Shown: positions 24,601-35,718 of the stretch, in pieces | How the letters are laid out: every line of letters begins with the position of its first letter | Position numbering within the stretch: the stretch's first letter is position 1 | Source of the DNA: Reclinomonas americana ATCC 50394 | Taxonomy: Eukaryota | DNA: 43,507 nt | Reading direction: 5' to 3' | NCBI GenBank assembly: GCA_048213135.1 | Contig: PS015160.1 | Location: forward strand, 21,053 to 64,559 | Notes under the pieces: generated by a model | What the model saw: the letters and a program-made list of their open reading frames with translations, nothing else | Told to the model about the DNA's origin: nothing | Database searches by the model: none | Translations under genes and position numbers: made by a program

Positions 24601-24825
24601 CCTGCTGCTCACTCGAGATGGCGCAACTGACACTCCCCGCGACACAAACACGCAGCCTCACACGAACATCGCAACATGACACACCCACCACCGGGCAAGC
24701 ACTCGGTGCTGTACGACAGCGAAGCCGAGGAGCAGGGTCGACAGTTGATTGTGTACGACGGAAATCAAGCGTACCCGACATACTGGATCGTGTACACTCG
24801 AACGCCACCGACGGCTGCGACGTGA
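21683..24825 (+). CDS. PARP/ART-family protein with a tankyrase-like catalytic domain, a CUE-like domain and coiled coil; about 14 introns
   Basis: EYTQVAEHF...IRRMYRIQNHDVYRRFAVRAQEV...LFHCS...GFDVRYGRGGRFGAGVYFALNPLLSNKYVPACTTHGARDCHQCDSIMFTAVVAFGK...MTHPPPGKHSV...RQLIVYDGNQAYPTYWIVY. N-terminal exons are less certain. Confidence 0.85.
22886..22951 (+). other. In-frame intron with shifted donor A|GTTGCGC (PARP)
   Basis: 66 nt, CTGAC branch site; removal gives the CUE-like EQLQ-TLHSMF. Confidence 0.65.
23487..23544 (+). other. Intron with variant shifted donor A|GTTGCTT (PARP)
   Basis: Only nearby phase-2 GT linking to the MHALLSRL frame; 58 nt, CTCAC branch site. Confidence 0.55.
24149..24219 (+). 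other. Intron with shifted donor C|GTTGCGT (PARP)
   Basis: C|...cag|AG gives YRRFAVRAQEV, aligning without gaps to tankyrase WERYTHRRKEV. The ordinary-looking GTGCGA 10 nt upstream is out of phase. 71 nt. Confidence 0.88.
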
Positions 24826-25046
24826 AGACCGCGCGTGCTGTGTTATGACCGATGTATGGAATGTATAAGTTTGCGATAACAAGCCATTGGACCTCGCAAG
24901 ACAACTGGCACGCTTGTAGGTGCCTTCCATATCAGAGGAGGATCGAGTAAACACCTCTCGAGACAGCTGCATGTTCTGCGATGCAGTTGTGCCTCTCCAA
25001 AGACGTCGACACTTCGCAGGACTCTGCGCACTCGCAATGAGGTGAC

Positions 25047-28000
25047 ATGCGACTCAACGCGCCCACCATCACCGTTCTCACACTGAGCGGTCTCCTCCTT
25101 CTCCTCTTTCTCCTCACGCGATCGCCCTCCGATGATCGCGACCCTCAACCGATCGCAGTCACTGTGCCAGCAGCTCCACCACCACAGCAACAACAACAAG
25201 CACAAAGTCGCCAGTGGACACACATGAGCAAGCTGCTTGCGCAAGTGCGACAAGTGCGGGAAGAGGCGCGCGAGCTGATGCAACGGGCACACGTGTTGCA
25301 GCATGTGGGAAAGGGACTGCAGACGAGTGTTGACAAGGGTATGTGTCCCAATCACACTGTCTCTCTCGCCCTCCTGACTCTCTCACTCATTCGCTGATGA
25401 CCGCAGTCGCCACTGCGGCAGTGACGGTGGCAGAGTCGCCTCCTGTGGTGGACACGCGTACCAGTGAGCCTGAGGCGACTGAGGACGCACCTGCAGAACG
25501 GGAAGAGCAGAAACCAACAGCAACAGCAGCAGAGGAGGAGCAGCAGCAACAGACTGCGATGGAAGCAGTGGAGGAGACGAGTGGCAGCAGCACTGAGTCG
25601 CCACCTGCAAGCGATCCCACACCACCTGCAGCGAAGAAACAAGGTCGATTTGCATTGCAATCATATAAGGACACGTGGATGTCTCAGTTGCTGACTTTTA
25701 CTCCACAGACGACACTGCACTGGAGTTTGCACGACTGTTTCCCGATCTTGGCGACGAGTACTTGTTCACGCGGTACACGCCCGACTCGTTTCCGATTGCG
25801 CTGGTGGCCTACAATCGACCGGATTACCTGCAGCGCACGTTGCAGTCGTTGGCGGAGGTGGACGGGGTCGATCTGAAGCGAGTGACGGTATATCAGGATG
25901 GAACCGACACGACCGTGGCGGCGGTGGCGCGCATGTGGTCGCAGCGTGGAGTGCAACTGGTGCAGCGTGATCGGCTCGAGTCGTTCAGCGAGGGCGCGCA
26001 GCACATTGCCACGATGTACAAGTATGTGCTGACGCATATATTTTACAATAATCCCACGGATGAGGTGCGTGGAGGGGGAAGGGGTGGAAGGGAAAGGGCG
26101 TGGGGGAAAGGGAGGAGAGAGAGAGAGAGACGAATCACAACGATGCGAAGAGTCGCGCGGTCACGAGAAGAGTAGCAGCAACCATACGTGCGACGCCATG
26201 CCAAGGAGAGCGACACAGCATTGCAATGAAGGGCAGAGCATTAAGAAGAGTGGCACAATCATGCGAAGAGTAGCAGCAACCATACGTGCGACGCCATGAC
26301 AAGGAGAGAGATATAGCTTCACAATGGAGGGCAGATCAACAAGAAGAGTGGCACAGTCACATGACAGAAGCGGCGATCGCGCGAGCGACACCGTTACACG
26401 GAGGATGGCACAGTGAGAAGGGGACACACAATTACACGGCGATAGGGTGAGGGACGAAGATGAATGAGCACAGCAACACTTGATGGGGCGCGGCGACTGG
26501 GGAGAGAGGAGCAGGAAAGCGACATAAGAATGCACAGCAACCGTTCGAGTGATGCAAGAAACACGGAGAGAGACAGCGATATGTGGGGGGATGCAGCAGC
26601 ATGCCCTGATGTGGACTGAGCAGTAAGCGGCAGAAGACTGTGCACCTACCCTTTTCCTTTATCGCACTCTCCTCCCCCCCCCCCCTCCCCAACGCAGTAC
26701 GCTGTCATCATCGAGGACGACATGCTGTTTACACGCGACTTCCTGCAATACTTTGCGCAAATGGCGCCCATCATGGACCTGCCACCGAATGCCATGCAAC
26801 ACGTTGCCACGGAGCCGGGCGGGCGGCGTCGTGGCTCGGGAGAGCGGTGGGACCGATTGCGCGGAGAGGAACCAGAGTATTCCAGCAAGACGCCGAGTGC
26901 GCCCGAGGCGACGAAACCCGGCGAGCGGCCACGACCACCGCCGATTCCGCCATCGGATCTCGAGTTTCGTGTGCGCACACACACCAATCCATGCCCATCT
27001 CAACTGCGTTTTCCCTCACGTGTCCGCTGTCAGACGCACCTTTCCACGCAACGGCGATCCCACCGTGCTGGCCATCTCGGCATACAACGACAATGGCTTC
27101 ACCGACACGGTGCGGTACGTGGACAATGTGCACCGCACCTCGTTCTTTGTTGGTCTCGGCTGGCTTGCGTCGCGGCGTATCTTTGGCACGGAGCTGCTGC
27201 AAAGATGGCCCCGCAACCACTGGGACCATTGGGTGCGCGAACCCGGTCAGCGGCAGGTGTGTGTGTGTGTGGTTGTTGGCGGGCTTTGCAGAGCGCTGTC
27301 TTGCTGACGTTCCTTCCAGGGCCGTGTGACGCTGTTTCCGGAAGTGTCACGCGTGTATCACATTGGCGAGCGCGGCACGCACTCGGGCGGTGTCGACTAT
27401 CAGCAATTCTTCGGCAACATCAAGTACGAGCAGACGCTGGAGTCGCCGTTCCGCTGGCAGCTGTTCCGCGAGCACGACTACGATGAGCGCCTCGTGGCCT
27501 CCATCAAATCGGCGGAGAGCGTGATCAGCGTGGAGCAAGTGCTGCCTCTGCCGCGACTCTCCACCGTTGTGTTGTGGTACGAGTCGCACAATGAGAATGT
27601 TGCGTTGCTAAGGCTGCGACTCCCTTGTTAGTCGGTGTTCATTGTTTGCTTGTGTTGGCACAGGATTCCATCTGGCGCTTCATCGGCAAGTACTTTGGCT
27701 TGTGGCCGTCGACGCCGGTGCGTGGCGAGTACAAGGGCGTGATGGAGTTCTGGTGGGCGGCGCGCCACATCTACTTGATCGGCTCGTACAGCGTCTTTGT
27801 GCAAGCCAAACCCGACAGTGTCAACTTTATCACCTCGTCGGAGTGGTACAAGGTGCGCTGCGTGTCAACGACGAGTGTGTTTACGAAGTCATGGATCTCA
27901 CCACCTTCCGGGACCAGCTGAACGCGCCACTGTGGTTCCCGGGCATGCCGACCGCGTCGGCCACACAAATCATTGCCTCGGAGATTGGCGAGAGCTGCGA

Positions 28001-28464
28001 CCAGGCGTGCGAACGCGACAATATGCTCTGTGTGGTACGTGGAGGAGAAGGAGGAGGGTGGGGGTGATGGTGCGAAGGGAACGACGGGGGGTAGCATCGT
28101 CAACAGTGATTGGTCTCCATGTCTCCTTGTCAGGGTCTCGGCGATGTGCGGTGTGACTTACCGAGCGCGCGCAGGGTCCCATGCTGACGCGGATCAACAC
28201 GTGCAACGACTTGCGGGAGCACTTTGACTGCTCTTCCTGCGTGCAGAGCTTCGGCAATGACCAGCCTGCCATGGAGGCCGCGGTGAGTGTTTGCGGGAAG
28301 AGAGAGAGAGGCAAGGAGATTCGTTCTCATACAAACACGCATGCGCACAGACAAAACGCTGCCTGGTCAATGAGCGCATCGACCACTACCCACCACGCTG
28401 CAATGCCTCTCACCGGTCCACCGCTCGCCTCTGTTCCTGCGCGCAGAAACCCATGCGTTCGTGA
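25047..28464 (+). CDS. Type II membrane GT13-family GlcNAc-transferase (GnT-I/POMGNT1-like) with a C-terminal MGAT5-like Cys-rich domain; nine introns
   Basis: N-terminal TM segment and stem; PIALVAYNRPDYLQRTLQSL, VYQDG, IIEDD, DPTVLAISAYNDNG, RTSFFVGLGW, WPRNHWDHWVREP, FPEVSRVYHIG; tail GESCDQAC...RCNASHRSTARLCSC. Confidence 0.9.
26143..26400. repeat. About 98-nt tandem duplication in intron 26065-26697
   Basis: GAAGAGTAGCAGCAACCATACGTGCGACGCCATG at 26167 and 26265; AAGAAGAGTGGCACA at 26243 and 26341. Confidence 0.85.
26964..27033 (+). other. Intron with shifted donor A|GTTTCGT (GT13)
   Basis: Only phase-2 GT compatible with cag|A CGC leading to DPTVLAISAYNDNG; nearby GTGTGC and GTGCGC are out of phase; 70 nt. 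Confidence 0.8.
27599..27663 (+). other. Intron with shifted donor T|GTTGCGT (GT13)
   Basis: WYESHNEN|DSIWRFIGKYFGLW; 65 nt, changes frame if retained. Confidence 0.8.
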
Positions 28465-29319
28465 GAATTAATTGTACAGCAGTGCCTAAATATGGATAAG
28501 GTGATGAGTACTCGACGAAAGCGGGTATGTGGTAGAAGGGTGTGAGTGGGAACGGCGGGAGGGAGAGAGGGAGGGGAGACAGCACAACAGGATTTGTAGC
28601 GAGCCACGCAAGGTGATACAGATATATATCGATATCGTGATGACCATTTTGGTGGGGATTCAGAAGAGAGAGCCGCAATGCACGTAAGTGGTGTTAGAGA
28701 AGAGCGAGATGGGGAAGAACAGCATAGCCAGCAAGCCAAGGTGGAGTGCAGTTCACGCAGGTGCTCGGGGCAATCGCAAGAAAGGAACAGGGGATTGTCG
28801 TCCAGCTACAGTGCGTAACTCACAGTGAGACTGATAGCCTCTTGTAGCAGCACGACGGGCTGTACATGCCGCTTGAAGGCGAATGCAGCTGCATGCAGCC
28901 TTGCAAACCTCGCGACAGCACCGCTGCGAACGAATGGCGATTGTAAGAGCTCGAGGAACCGCGAGGTGAGAACAACAACAACAGCCACATCTCGTGACTC
29001 GCGAGGGCCCCGCACAGGCACACCCACCTACAGTCAGCGCGCGGGCCCGCAACTGCAGACACTGTATACTTGCAAGTCAAATTGCACCCAAATTCTCCGG
29101 TCACGAAGCTCAAGTCGCCCTCAAGCGCACCTCAATTCCATCAGCACGCGAGCTCGCCCACCTCTGTGCGCAACCACTACAAACCGGAATATGAGAGGGC
29201 GGAGAGAGAGAGAGGGAGCGGAAGCAGTTGCTTGACAACGAATTGCTTGATATACAACAACGGAGAAGACTCGCGCGCGCGTTTTGTGCCACACGTTGAT
29301 CTTCTCGCACAAATAAACA

Positions 29320-29370
29320 ATGTCGATGCGACGCACACTAGTCGCACCAACCACTGAGCGCGGTAAGTCG

Positions 29371-29405
<35 letters not shown>

Positions 29406-32400
29406 ACAACACACAACGCGCACAAGTAAAAAAGCTTGAATTTGAACTCACACAAGTATGTATTTCCCCGCGCCCTCTCTCATGCACTCTCTCCATCTCA
29501 CTCTCTCACTACTCTCTCATGCTCATTCGTACACGCACACACACCACTCTCATTCTCTTGCTCTCACATGCACTTTCACTCATCTCTGCATCACATGCAG
29601 CGGAGCTCTCACTCTTGCACTCTCTTTGTACACAAGCTCGCTGCACACACACACACACACACGCGCGCGCGCATTGCACACTCAATGCCGGGCTCTTGCA
29701 TTCTTAATTCCTTACTCACGTCTCCCTCTCTCACTCTCTCTTCCCTCTTTTACAGGCCGCTCGCGCACTCCATCACCCAACCGCAGTCGCAGCAACTCTC
29801 TTGCCTCACCCGAGACACTTCCACTGGGAGGCGCCCTGCGCTCTTCTGCTGCAGCACCCTCCGCCGCCGGTGCCGCCGCCGCTGCTGGCTCCCCGGCCGG
29901 CTCAAGTGGCAGTGCAACACTGAAGCAGTCGAGTCCAGTGGGCGCTGTGCTGGCCTCCTCGCAGCATGTGCGGCGTGGGTCGGCGCCTACGACGATTGGG
30001 TCGCCGTCGTCGCCTGTGGTGAGTGCCATTGCTCTGCTTGTGCTGCTTGGAACTTGCGCTCGTCTTGCTGTCAGGCGCGCGCTCCTCCCATTACTCATAC
30101 GCGTGCTGGATTCATCTTTCAATCTTGTCTGTACATTTCGCGGAACATGTTCTTCTTGCTTGTCTGGCGTGCTTTCCACTCTCTCACAACCACGGCCCTC
30201 TCCTGCTCATCCTCCTGCTCGTGCGCGCACATACGCTTGTCTACTATACTTCCAATCCTGTCTGTACATTTCGCGGAACACGGTCTTCTTGCTTGTCTGT
30301 CGCGCTTTCCGCTCTCTCACACTACCTGCGCCACCTCTCCTTCTCATCCTCCTGCTCTTGCGCGCACTTTCGCGTGTGTGCCTTGCTTCCAATCTTGTTT
30401 GTACATTTCGCGGAACACGTGCAACTTGCTTGTCTGTCGCTCCGCCTCTCTTCTCTTCCCGCTCCCTCTCTCGCCTCCTCTCCATGCGTATCCACATGCT
30501 CGTCGTTGAAGTCGTGCTCTCAATACCGTTTCTGCATTTCGCGGAACATTCTTGAGTGGCACCTCATTCACTCATTTTGTCGTCATTTGTGTGAGCACTG
30601 CCCACCTTCCCTCACCCTCGTCCCTCACCCTCGCTGTCTCTCCCCCCACTCGCTTTCTTCTTCCGATGCTCGCTTGCTCACTCGGGCGCCTCTCGCTTTC
30701 TCGGGATTCGATAAACATACTTGTGCGTGGTTTCGGGGATTCTTTGATCCTCGCTCCGTCTCACTTTCTTCCGCCCGCTTCCATTGCTCACCGCCTCCTC
30801 TCCCACACACAGTCCGCCGGCGGCAGCAGCAGCTCGTTTGCCGGTCCGCGTGACGAAAAGGACTTGGTGTTCCCCGAAACACCCATGTCGACGGCGATGG
30901 AGATTCTCGGCGATCGGCAGCAATGGGCGGTGGCCGACACGCAAGCCATGGTCCAGGTGCTGACCGAGGCCGAAATTCGCACAGTGGCCGACTTGAANNN
31001 NNNNNNNNNNNNNNNNNNNNNNNNNNNNNNNNNNNNNNNNNNNNNNNNNNNNNNNNNNNNNNNNNNNNNNNNNNNNNNNNNNNNNNNNNNNNNNNNNNNN
31101 NNNNNNNNNNNNNNNNNNNNNNNNNNNNNNNNNNNNNNNNNNNNNNNNNNNNNNNNNNNNNNNNNNNNNNNNNNNNNNNNNNNNNNNNNNNNNNNNNNNN
31201 NNNNNNNNNNNNNNNNNNNNNNNNNNNNNNNNNNNNNNNNNNNNNNNNNNNNNNNNNNNNNNNNNNNNNNNNNNNNNNNNNNNNNNNNNNNNNNNNNNNN
31301 NNNNNNNNNNNNNNNNNNNNNNNNNNNNNNNNNNNNNNNNNNNNNNNNNNNNNNNNNNNNNNNNNNNNNNNNNNNNNNNNNNNNNNNNNNNNNNNNNNNN
31401 NNNNNNNNNNNNNNNNNNNNNNNNNNNNNNNNNNNNNNNNNNNNNNNNNNNNNNNNNNNNNNNNNNNNNNNNNNNNNNNNNNNNNNNNNNNNNNNNNNNN
31501 NNNNNNNNNNNNNNNNNNNNNNNNNNNNNNNNNNNNNNNNNNNNNNNNNNNNNNNNNNNNNNNNNNNNNNNNNNNNNNNNNNNNNNNNNNNNNNNNNNNN
31601 NNNNNNNNNNNNNNNNNNNNNNNNNNNNNNNNNNNNNNNNNNNNNNNNNNNNNNNNNNNNNNNNNNNNNNNNNNNNNNNNNNNNNNNNNNNNNNNNNNGG
31701 TCAGATGCCCCGCCAATGAGTGCGGCGGAGGTCATTGCGCAAGTGCTGGAGCGTGGCTACGGCACGCAGTCTGAGGCGGGCGGTTTTGTGGAGCTGGATC
31801 CGGCACACATTGTGAAGAAGCGGCCAGTGGGCTCGGGCACATTTGGTGACGTGTACGAGGGTCGAATCGGTGAGATTCCGGCGCGAGTGGCCGTGAAGGA
31901 GATCAAGCAGGTCGGCACCGATCACACAGTGTTGCTGCGGGAATTGCGAGCCATGTCAAAAGGTGAGCGTGTCGGAGAGGGACGGGAAGGGAGGAGAGGC
32001 ACTGAGATGGAGGGTGCGCTCACGCCTCTGGTCAGCGCGTTCTCAAGCAAGAGACGCTTGTGTTGTGCCTCGTGTGGGCTCTCTTTCTTATATGTCGTGT
32101 CTTGAATCTCGTGCGTGCTCTCGTCGCTGTTCTGCCCTCTTGTGTGACTTGCGTGAAATGCTAAGTCCTGTACCTCGAGCGTGCGCTCGACTCCTCTCTC
32201 TTTTTCTTTCTTGTGTGAATGTTGTGTCTTGAGTCTCGTGTGTGCACGCATCGCTGCCATGCCCTCTTTATTGTGAGCGAAAGTCTTGTGCCTCGTGCGT
32301 GCTCTCGTCGCTGTTCTTCCCTCTTTCTTGTTCGACCTGCAAGGAGTGCGTCGTGTGTTGTGTTCTCTTGTGCGCACTCGTGCCCTGTTCGTGTGCCTGC

Positions 32401-33559
32401 GTTGAGTTCTCAGGTCTTGCGTCGTGTGTTCATTTTTTCTGTTCTGTTTTTTCGTGTGGCTTGTGAGGAGTGCGTCGTGTCTTGTCTCGTGAATGCGTTT
32501 GTTCCTCTTCTGTCTTTTTTGTGCCACCTCACGTGTGTTAATTCATTCTCTGATCTGTCTTTCGCGTCGTGTGGTATCCTGGGTGCGTTTGTGGCTGACG
32601 CCATCATTACTCTCTCTCTCTCTCTCCTTTCGCGCAGTGCCCATCGAGGGAGTGGTGGGCCTAATTGGCGCATGTACGAACACGGGCGGCGATGCCACCA
32701 GCCCATACTACATTATTACTGAATTCATGGAGTTGCGTTTCGACGACAAAAGTTCACCACAACCTTTGCCCGCGCCCGCATCTCACCCTTTCCGTTCCTC
32801 CCTCTCCTCCTTCCGCTTACAGTGGCGGATCATTGGGCGACTGGGTACACAAGGGCAAGGGCTTGCAAGCGTCGCCCTTTCAAAAACTCGTCATTTGCTG
32901 CTCGATTGCCCACAATATGGGCGATTTGCACGCGAATGGCATCTGCCACCGAGACTTGAAGACGGAGAACATTTTGATGGACGCCTCGTATGCTCACCCG
33001 AAGGTGGCCGATTTTGGCATCTCGCGCGTGAATCGTGACTCGGATCGCGTGGAAACCATGCACACCACCACCGGCACCCTCGCCTACATGGCTCCCGAGG
33101 TGAGCTCCATGCGCTTTGTCTGTTTCAGTGCGTGTATGTGCTCACACGTGTGCGCGCGACAGGTGTTGAAGGGCGAACCATACGACGAAAAGTGCGACTG
33201 CTACTCGTTCGGCGTCATGATGAATGAGGTGCGTTACATGATTTCGACGGTCTGCTTGTGTTTTTGTTTCTCACTCGTGCCTGCAGATCATGTCGAATCA
33301 AGTGCCATTCTCAGACGTGAAGAACCAGTACGCAATCATGCATCGTGTGGCCGGCCTCAATCAGCGACCAGTGCTGTGCACGCCCGACAAGTGCCCACCG
33401 CCAGTACTGGAGCTGATTCAGCGCTGCTGGGACGGCAACTCGCGCAAGAACAAGCGACCATCGTTTGCGCAAATTGCGGCTGCGCTTGACGAGTTGGTCG
33501 GCCTCGGCGAGGCCACTATCAATGGCGCCTGTGCCGGACGAGGTTCATCCTCCCGCTAG
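29320..33559 (+). CDS. Tyrosine-kinase-like (TKL) Ser/Thr protein kinase with S/A-rich N-terminus and possible SAM-like domain; part lies in the gap
   Basis: VGSGTFGDVYEG, VAVKEI, ITEFMDGGSL, HRDLKTENIL, KVADFGISR, GTLAYMAPE, CDCYSFG, LIQRCW...KRPSFAQI. Exons 29320-29362, 29756-30018 and 30813-gap join in frame. Confidence 0.9.
30095..30550. repeat. About 134-nt degenerate tandem repeat (four copies) in intron 30019-30812
   Basis: CAATC(T/C)TGT(C/T)TGTACATTTCGCGGAACA core at 30120, 30253 and 30390, with a diverged copy at 30521. Confidence 0.9.
30998..31698. other. Assembly gap
   Basis: Run of N within the kinase gene. Confidence 1.
32060..32560. repeat. TG/TC-rich degenerate repeats in intron 31963-32637
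   Basis: CTCGTGCGTGCTCTCGTCGCTGTTCT at 32108 and 32292; AGGAGTGCGTCGTGT at 32342 and 32466. Confidence 0.75.
32732..32822 (+). other. Intron with shifted donor A|GTTGCGT (kinase hinge)
   Basis: GA|...cag|T gives ITEFMD-GGSL, the canonical kinase subdomain V spacing; 91 nt. Confidence 0.92.
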
Positions 33560-33888
33560 ACCTGGAAGCTACTGTTTGTGCGAATTTGTATGTGTGTGTG
33601 TGTGTGTGTGTGTGCTGTTTGATGTGTAGTCTTGTGTGCTTGCCCGTCTTCGTTGTTGTCTCCTCGTGACTCGGTTGTATGAGAGCCCGAGCGAGATGCA
33701 GTGGGTGGTGCGGCACGACCACAGGCTGAGTGTGCGTAGTCTGGTCGTCTGACAGCTAGGAAGAGAGGGAGAGGCAAAAAGAAAAGAGAGCAGAGAATAT
33801 GTGTGTGAGTGTGAGAGAGTGAGAGAGAAAAAGAAAAGTGTATTTTGTGACGCGGCATTGGCATTTTTCATTCCATTTCTTTGTTTTG

Positions 33889-35718
33889 TCACAGCTCGTC
33901 GCGCTCGTTGCTGCGCAGCACTTGCAGTCGCTGTCGCAGAAGACTGGTCCAGTCAGCCGGCTCCTCGCCGCACCCCATAACGCTGACTTCGTCGCGACAC
34001 AGGAGGCGCACAGTGTTGCGCGCACCCACTGCCTCCGACTCCATGGCCGACATCTGTCGCGCGTCGTTGTGTGAGAGGTGAAGGCGCGAAAAGCAACCGC
34101 AAACGGAAGAACGCACCGTGAACTCCATGCCGTTGATGTAGTACAGCTTGGGCGCCAAGCGGAACGGCGCCAGCTGCTCCACCTCCTGCTCCGAGTACGG
34201 CGGGAGCACGGGATATGGATTCCACGCTCGCGTCGACACTACCTCCCATCCGTCGACAAACCACGCCGACAGTGAGGCATTGTCCAGCGCCTGGTGCGAG
34301 AACAACTTGTACACGCCGTCGGCGACCAGCGAGAGTGAGAGGAAGCCCGAACTGGAGCCGTCTGCGGTCAGCACGTGGTCCGGCATCTCCTCCAACGACG
34401 AGAGGCCAAAGAACGAGGCACGCGCATTGCCGCGCACCAACGTCACATGCAGCTGCAAGGTTGTTAAGTAAGGCGAAGGCGACATGAGTTGCAGCGGGGG
34501 AGATACATACCTCGACAAATCGTCGTGGCGGCGGCAAATGTGGTGCCACATCGCTGAGGTCGAGACCGTGCATGTGCTCGAGCGGAGCGGCAAGAATCAC
34601 CACGTCGAATGGCTTCATCGACTTGCCCGACGCGGTGACCACACGCAGGCGGTTGCCGTCGCGCTCCACCGCCGTTACCGCACTGTCGAGGTGTACGGTG
34701 GCACCCGAGGCGCGAGCCAGCTGCTCAATGAACTGCGCATTGCCGCCTGCACGAGCAACATACATGCGTGAGGAAGGGCGTGTGAAGGCGAGTGGTGGCA
34801 CTGTGCACGCCGTGCACGCACCGACCACCGAGCGCAGATCGTTGCCCGAGGCCACCACCGACACCATGCCAACCAGGGCATGAATGGCGGTCGCGTCCTG
34901 TCCATAGTTGCACCGCGTGGCCGCGGCCACCAGCTCATCGGCCAGCTGCGGCGTCGTGTGCAACGTGTTGAGCAGGTAGTCACGAGCCGACTCGAACATG
35001 AGCGGCTTCTCCAGCTGCAGCGCGCGCATCATCTCCACCGCCGACTCAAAGGTCGCCTCGCGCTCCGGCAGGTCGTACACCTTGCAGAAGCGCTGCAGCA
35101 TCTCCTTCGAGGCCTCATTCATGCGATACAGAGACAGCGGCCCGTATCTTGCAGCACGCGACGTGTCATGATGATCAGTTGTCTCGCAGGGGAGGCGGAA
35201 AAACAGCTGCAGATTCTCTTCTCTCACCGCCACATGAGAGACAAGGTCGTGCGCAACGAGGCCCACCAGCTGTCCGGATTCTTGGTCTCCACCTGCCGCC
35301 ACCTCCACTGCTGCCCGTCCCAAATCCCAAACGACTCGTCCCGATCCGCAAATCCCTGTCGCGTCGACAAGCCCATGGCGTCGACCCAATCGCGCACAAA
35401 TCGGTTCTCCACGTGATACACACTCGCACCGAGCTCCACAGTCATGAACTGCGCCTCACCACTCTCCTTCTCCTCATCAGCAGTGAGGCTCAGGCGGCGC
35501 AGGTGGATGGCCTCGACGCGGCCTCCCAGGCGTCCGCTGGCCTCGAATAGGTGAATGTCGTGATGATCGGAAGAGGAGGAGGAGCGAGAGGCGAGGAAGT
35601 AGGCGGCGGAGGTGCCGCCTACACCGCCGCCAATGATGGCGATGCGTGCGGCGTGCACGGTGCAGCAGGCGAGGCAGAGGAGGAGGAGGAGGGCGAGGAG
35701 GAGGAGGAATGTGCGCAT
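33889..35718 (-). CDS. PCYOX1: Prenylcysteine oxidase / farnesylcysteine lyase; four introns
   Basis: Signal peptide, RIAIIGGGVGGTSAAYFL, FEASGRLGGR, VELGASVYHVEN, LMWRYGP, ELVAAATRCNYGQ, LYYINGMEFT|MSAMESEAVGARN, C-terminal RDEL. Confidence 0.92.

Noticed and set aside
30095-30550. CRISPR-like array (28-nt repeat, regular spacing)
   Set aside because: The spacers are about 105 nt and similar to one another, the array is in a eukaryotic intron, and there are no cas genes.
29436-30853. Overlapping 276-365 aa ORFs upstream of the kinase domain
   Set aside because: Mostly CT/CA-rich intron sequence poor in stop codons; only 29756-30018 and 30813 onward behave as exons.
12623-35718. Functional cluster of a CaaX protein and prenylcysteine oxidase
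   Set aside because: They are about 20 kb apart with unrelated genes between; coincidence is sufficient.
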